A stretch of DNA of 15,741 bases, from NCBI GenBank assembly GCA_963753595.1, contig CAVWCX010000032.1, positions 1-15,741 of the forward strand, written 5' to 3'. Made by a program: the position numbers and the translations under genes. Position 1 is the stretch's first letter. Every line of letters starts with the position of its first letter. The notes beneath the pieces were generated by a model, which made no database searches, had not been told where the DNA came from, and saw only the letters and a program-made list of their open reading frames with translations. The stretch is from Candidatus Methanoperedenaceae archaeon. GTDB lineage: Archaea; Halobacteriota; Methanosarcinia; Methanosarcinales; Methanoperedenaceae. This document shows, one piece after another, positions 15,089 to 15,741 of the stretch.

Positions 15089-15741
15089 GTTCCATCACTA
15101 AGCCGAATCCAAAGTTTTTCGGGAAGATGTGCTTTTTGCATATCTTCTACCACTTTTTCAATATCATACTTTTTTCGTTTGAGTTGTATTTGCATTTTAT
15201 CGGTGTCAAGAATAGCAAAAGCTGAATCCGGGTCTAGATCCCTGGGCTGCCCGACTGAACCCGGATTTATTATTATGCCTTCGGGATATTCTTTCTTGAA
15301 TTGTATATGTGTATGACCAAGAACAAGAATGTCAGAATCGCTCATTGTGAGAAATCCCGGTTCAAAATCCTCAGGATATACATACCGGTCAAGATCTTTC
15401 GGGCTTCCATGGACTATGACTATTCTGGCATCATCTACGGTTATTGCTTCAATATCTTTGAGCTTTGAAATAAATCCAAGATTCTCACAGGTTATTATCT
15501 TTCCTGTCCATTCAAGAGCCGCTGCAGCATATGGATTGAATCCAGATGTATCTCCTGTAACAAGCGCTCTTTCATGATTTCCCCGGACCGATATAATCTT
15601 TCTTTTTTTGAATGATCCAATCGTCTCATTTGGATATGGATTATACCCGACCATGTCTCCTGCATGCAATATTATTTCAACACCCAGTGCATCCATTTCC
15701 GAAAGTACGGCTTCAAGGGCAATGACATTTGAATGGACATC
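15085..15741 (-). CDS. metallophosphoesterase (YfcE/MJ0936-like), 5' end outside window
   Basis: The frame stays open to the window edge (DVHSNVIALEAVLSE-MDALG). Motifs HAGDMVGY, RGNHE, VHGSP, LGHTH, INPGSVGQPRD. Confidence 0.92.
   Translation of the reverse strand, partial: DVHSNVIALEAVLSEMDALGVEIILHAGDMVGYNPYPNETIGSFKKRKIISVRGNHERALVTGDTSGFNPYAAAALEWTGKIITCENLGFISKLKDIEAITVDDARIVIVHGSPKDLDRYVYPEDFEPGFLTMSDSDILVLGHTHIQFKKEYPEGIIINPGSVGQPRDLDPDSAFAILDTDKMQIQLKRKKYDIEKVVEDMQKAHLPEKLWIRLSDGT

Noticed and set aside
15085-15741. Second Mre11-like nuclease linked to the repair operon
   Set aside because: A short phosphoesterase with the NPGSVGQPRD signature and no Mre11 capping or C-terminal region; a common stand-alone family, 4.7 kb from the operon.

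Overview
Archaeal-style window, inferred to be Methanosarcinales / Ca. Methanoperedens-like from the archaeal alanine dehydrogenase, TATA-type promoters and two VapBC pairs; the taxonomy cannot be proven from sequence alone. The core is a minus-strand DNA end-resection operon in non-canonical order: mre11 - rad50 - nurA - [antitoxin + PIN toxin] - stand-alone HAS-barrel-like protein - [palindromic/9-bp-period repeats] - herA. Two AT-rich genes follow it (a hypothetical protein and an HNH endonuclease), and a 3'-truncated Bro-N gene precedes it. The right half holds a DUF998-like membrane protein, alanine dehydrogenase, a small hypothetical, an isolated integrase N-terminal domain, a second vapBC, an Asp-substituted dicluster ferredoxin and a partial metallophosphoesterase. 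Most notable: (i) the Bro-N gene and mre11 share a ~35-bp promoter motif at identical spacing, containing an ACTTTCA box like known archaeal DNA-damage elements; (ii) both Rad50 coiled-coil arms carry matching internal repeats around a non-CXXC hook; (iii) an extra HAS-barrel gene and a TA module are embedded in the resection operon.
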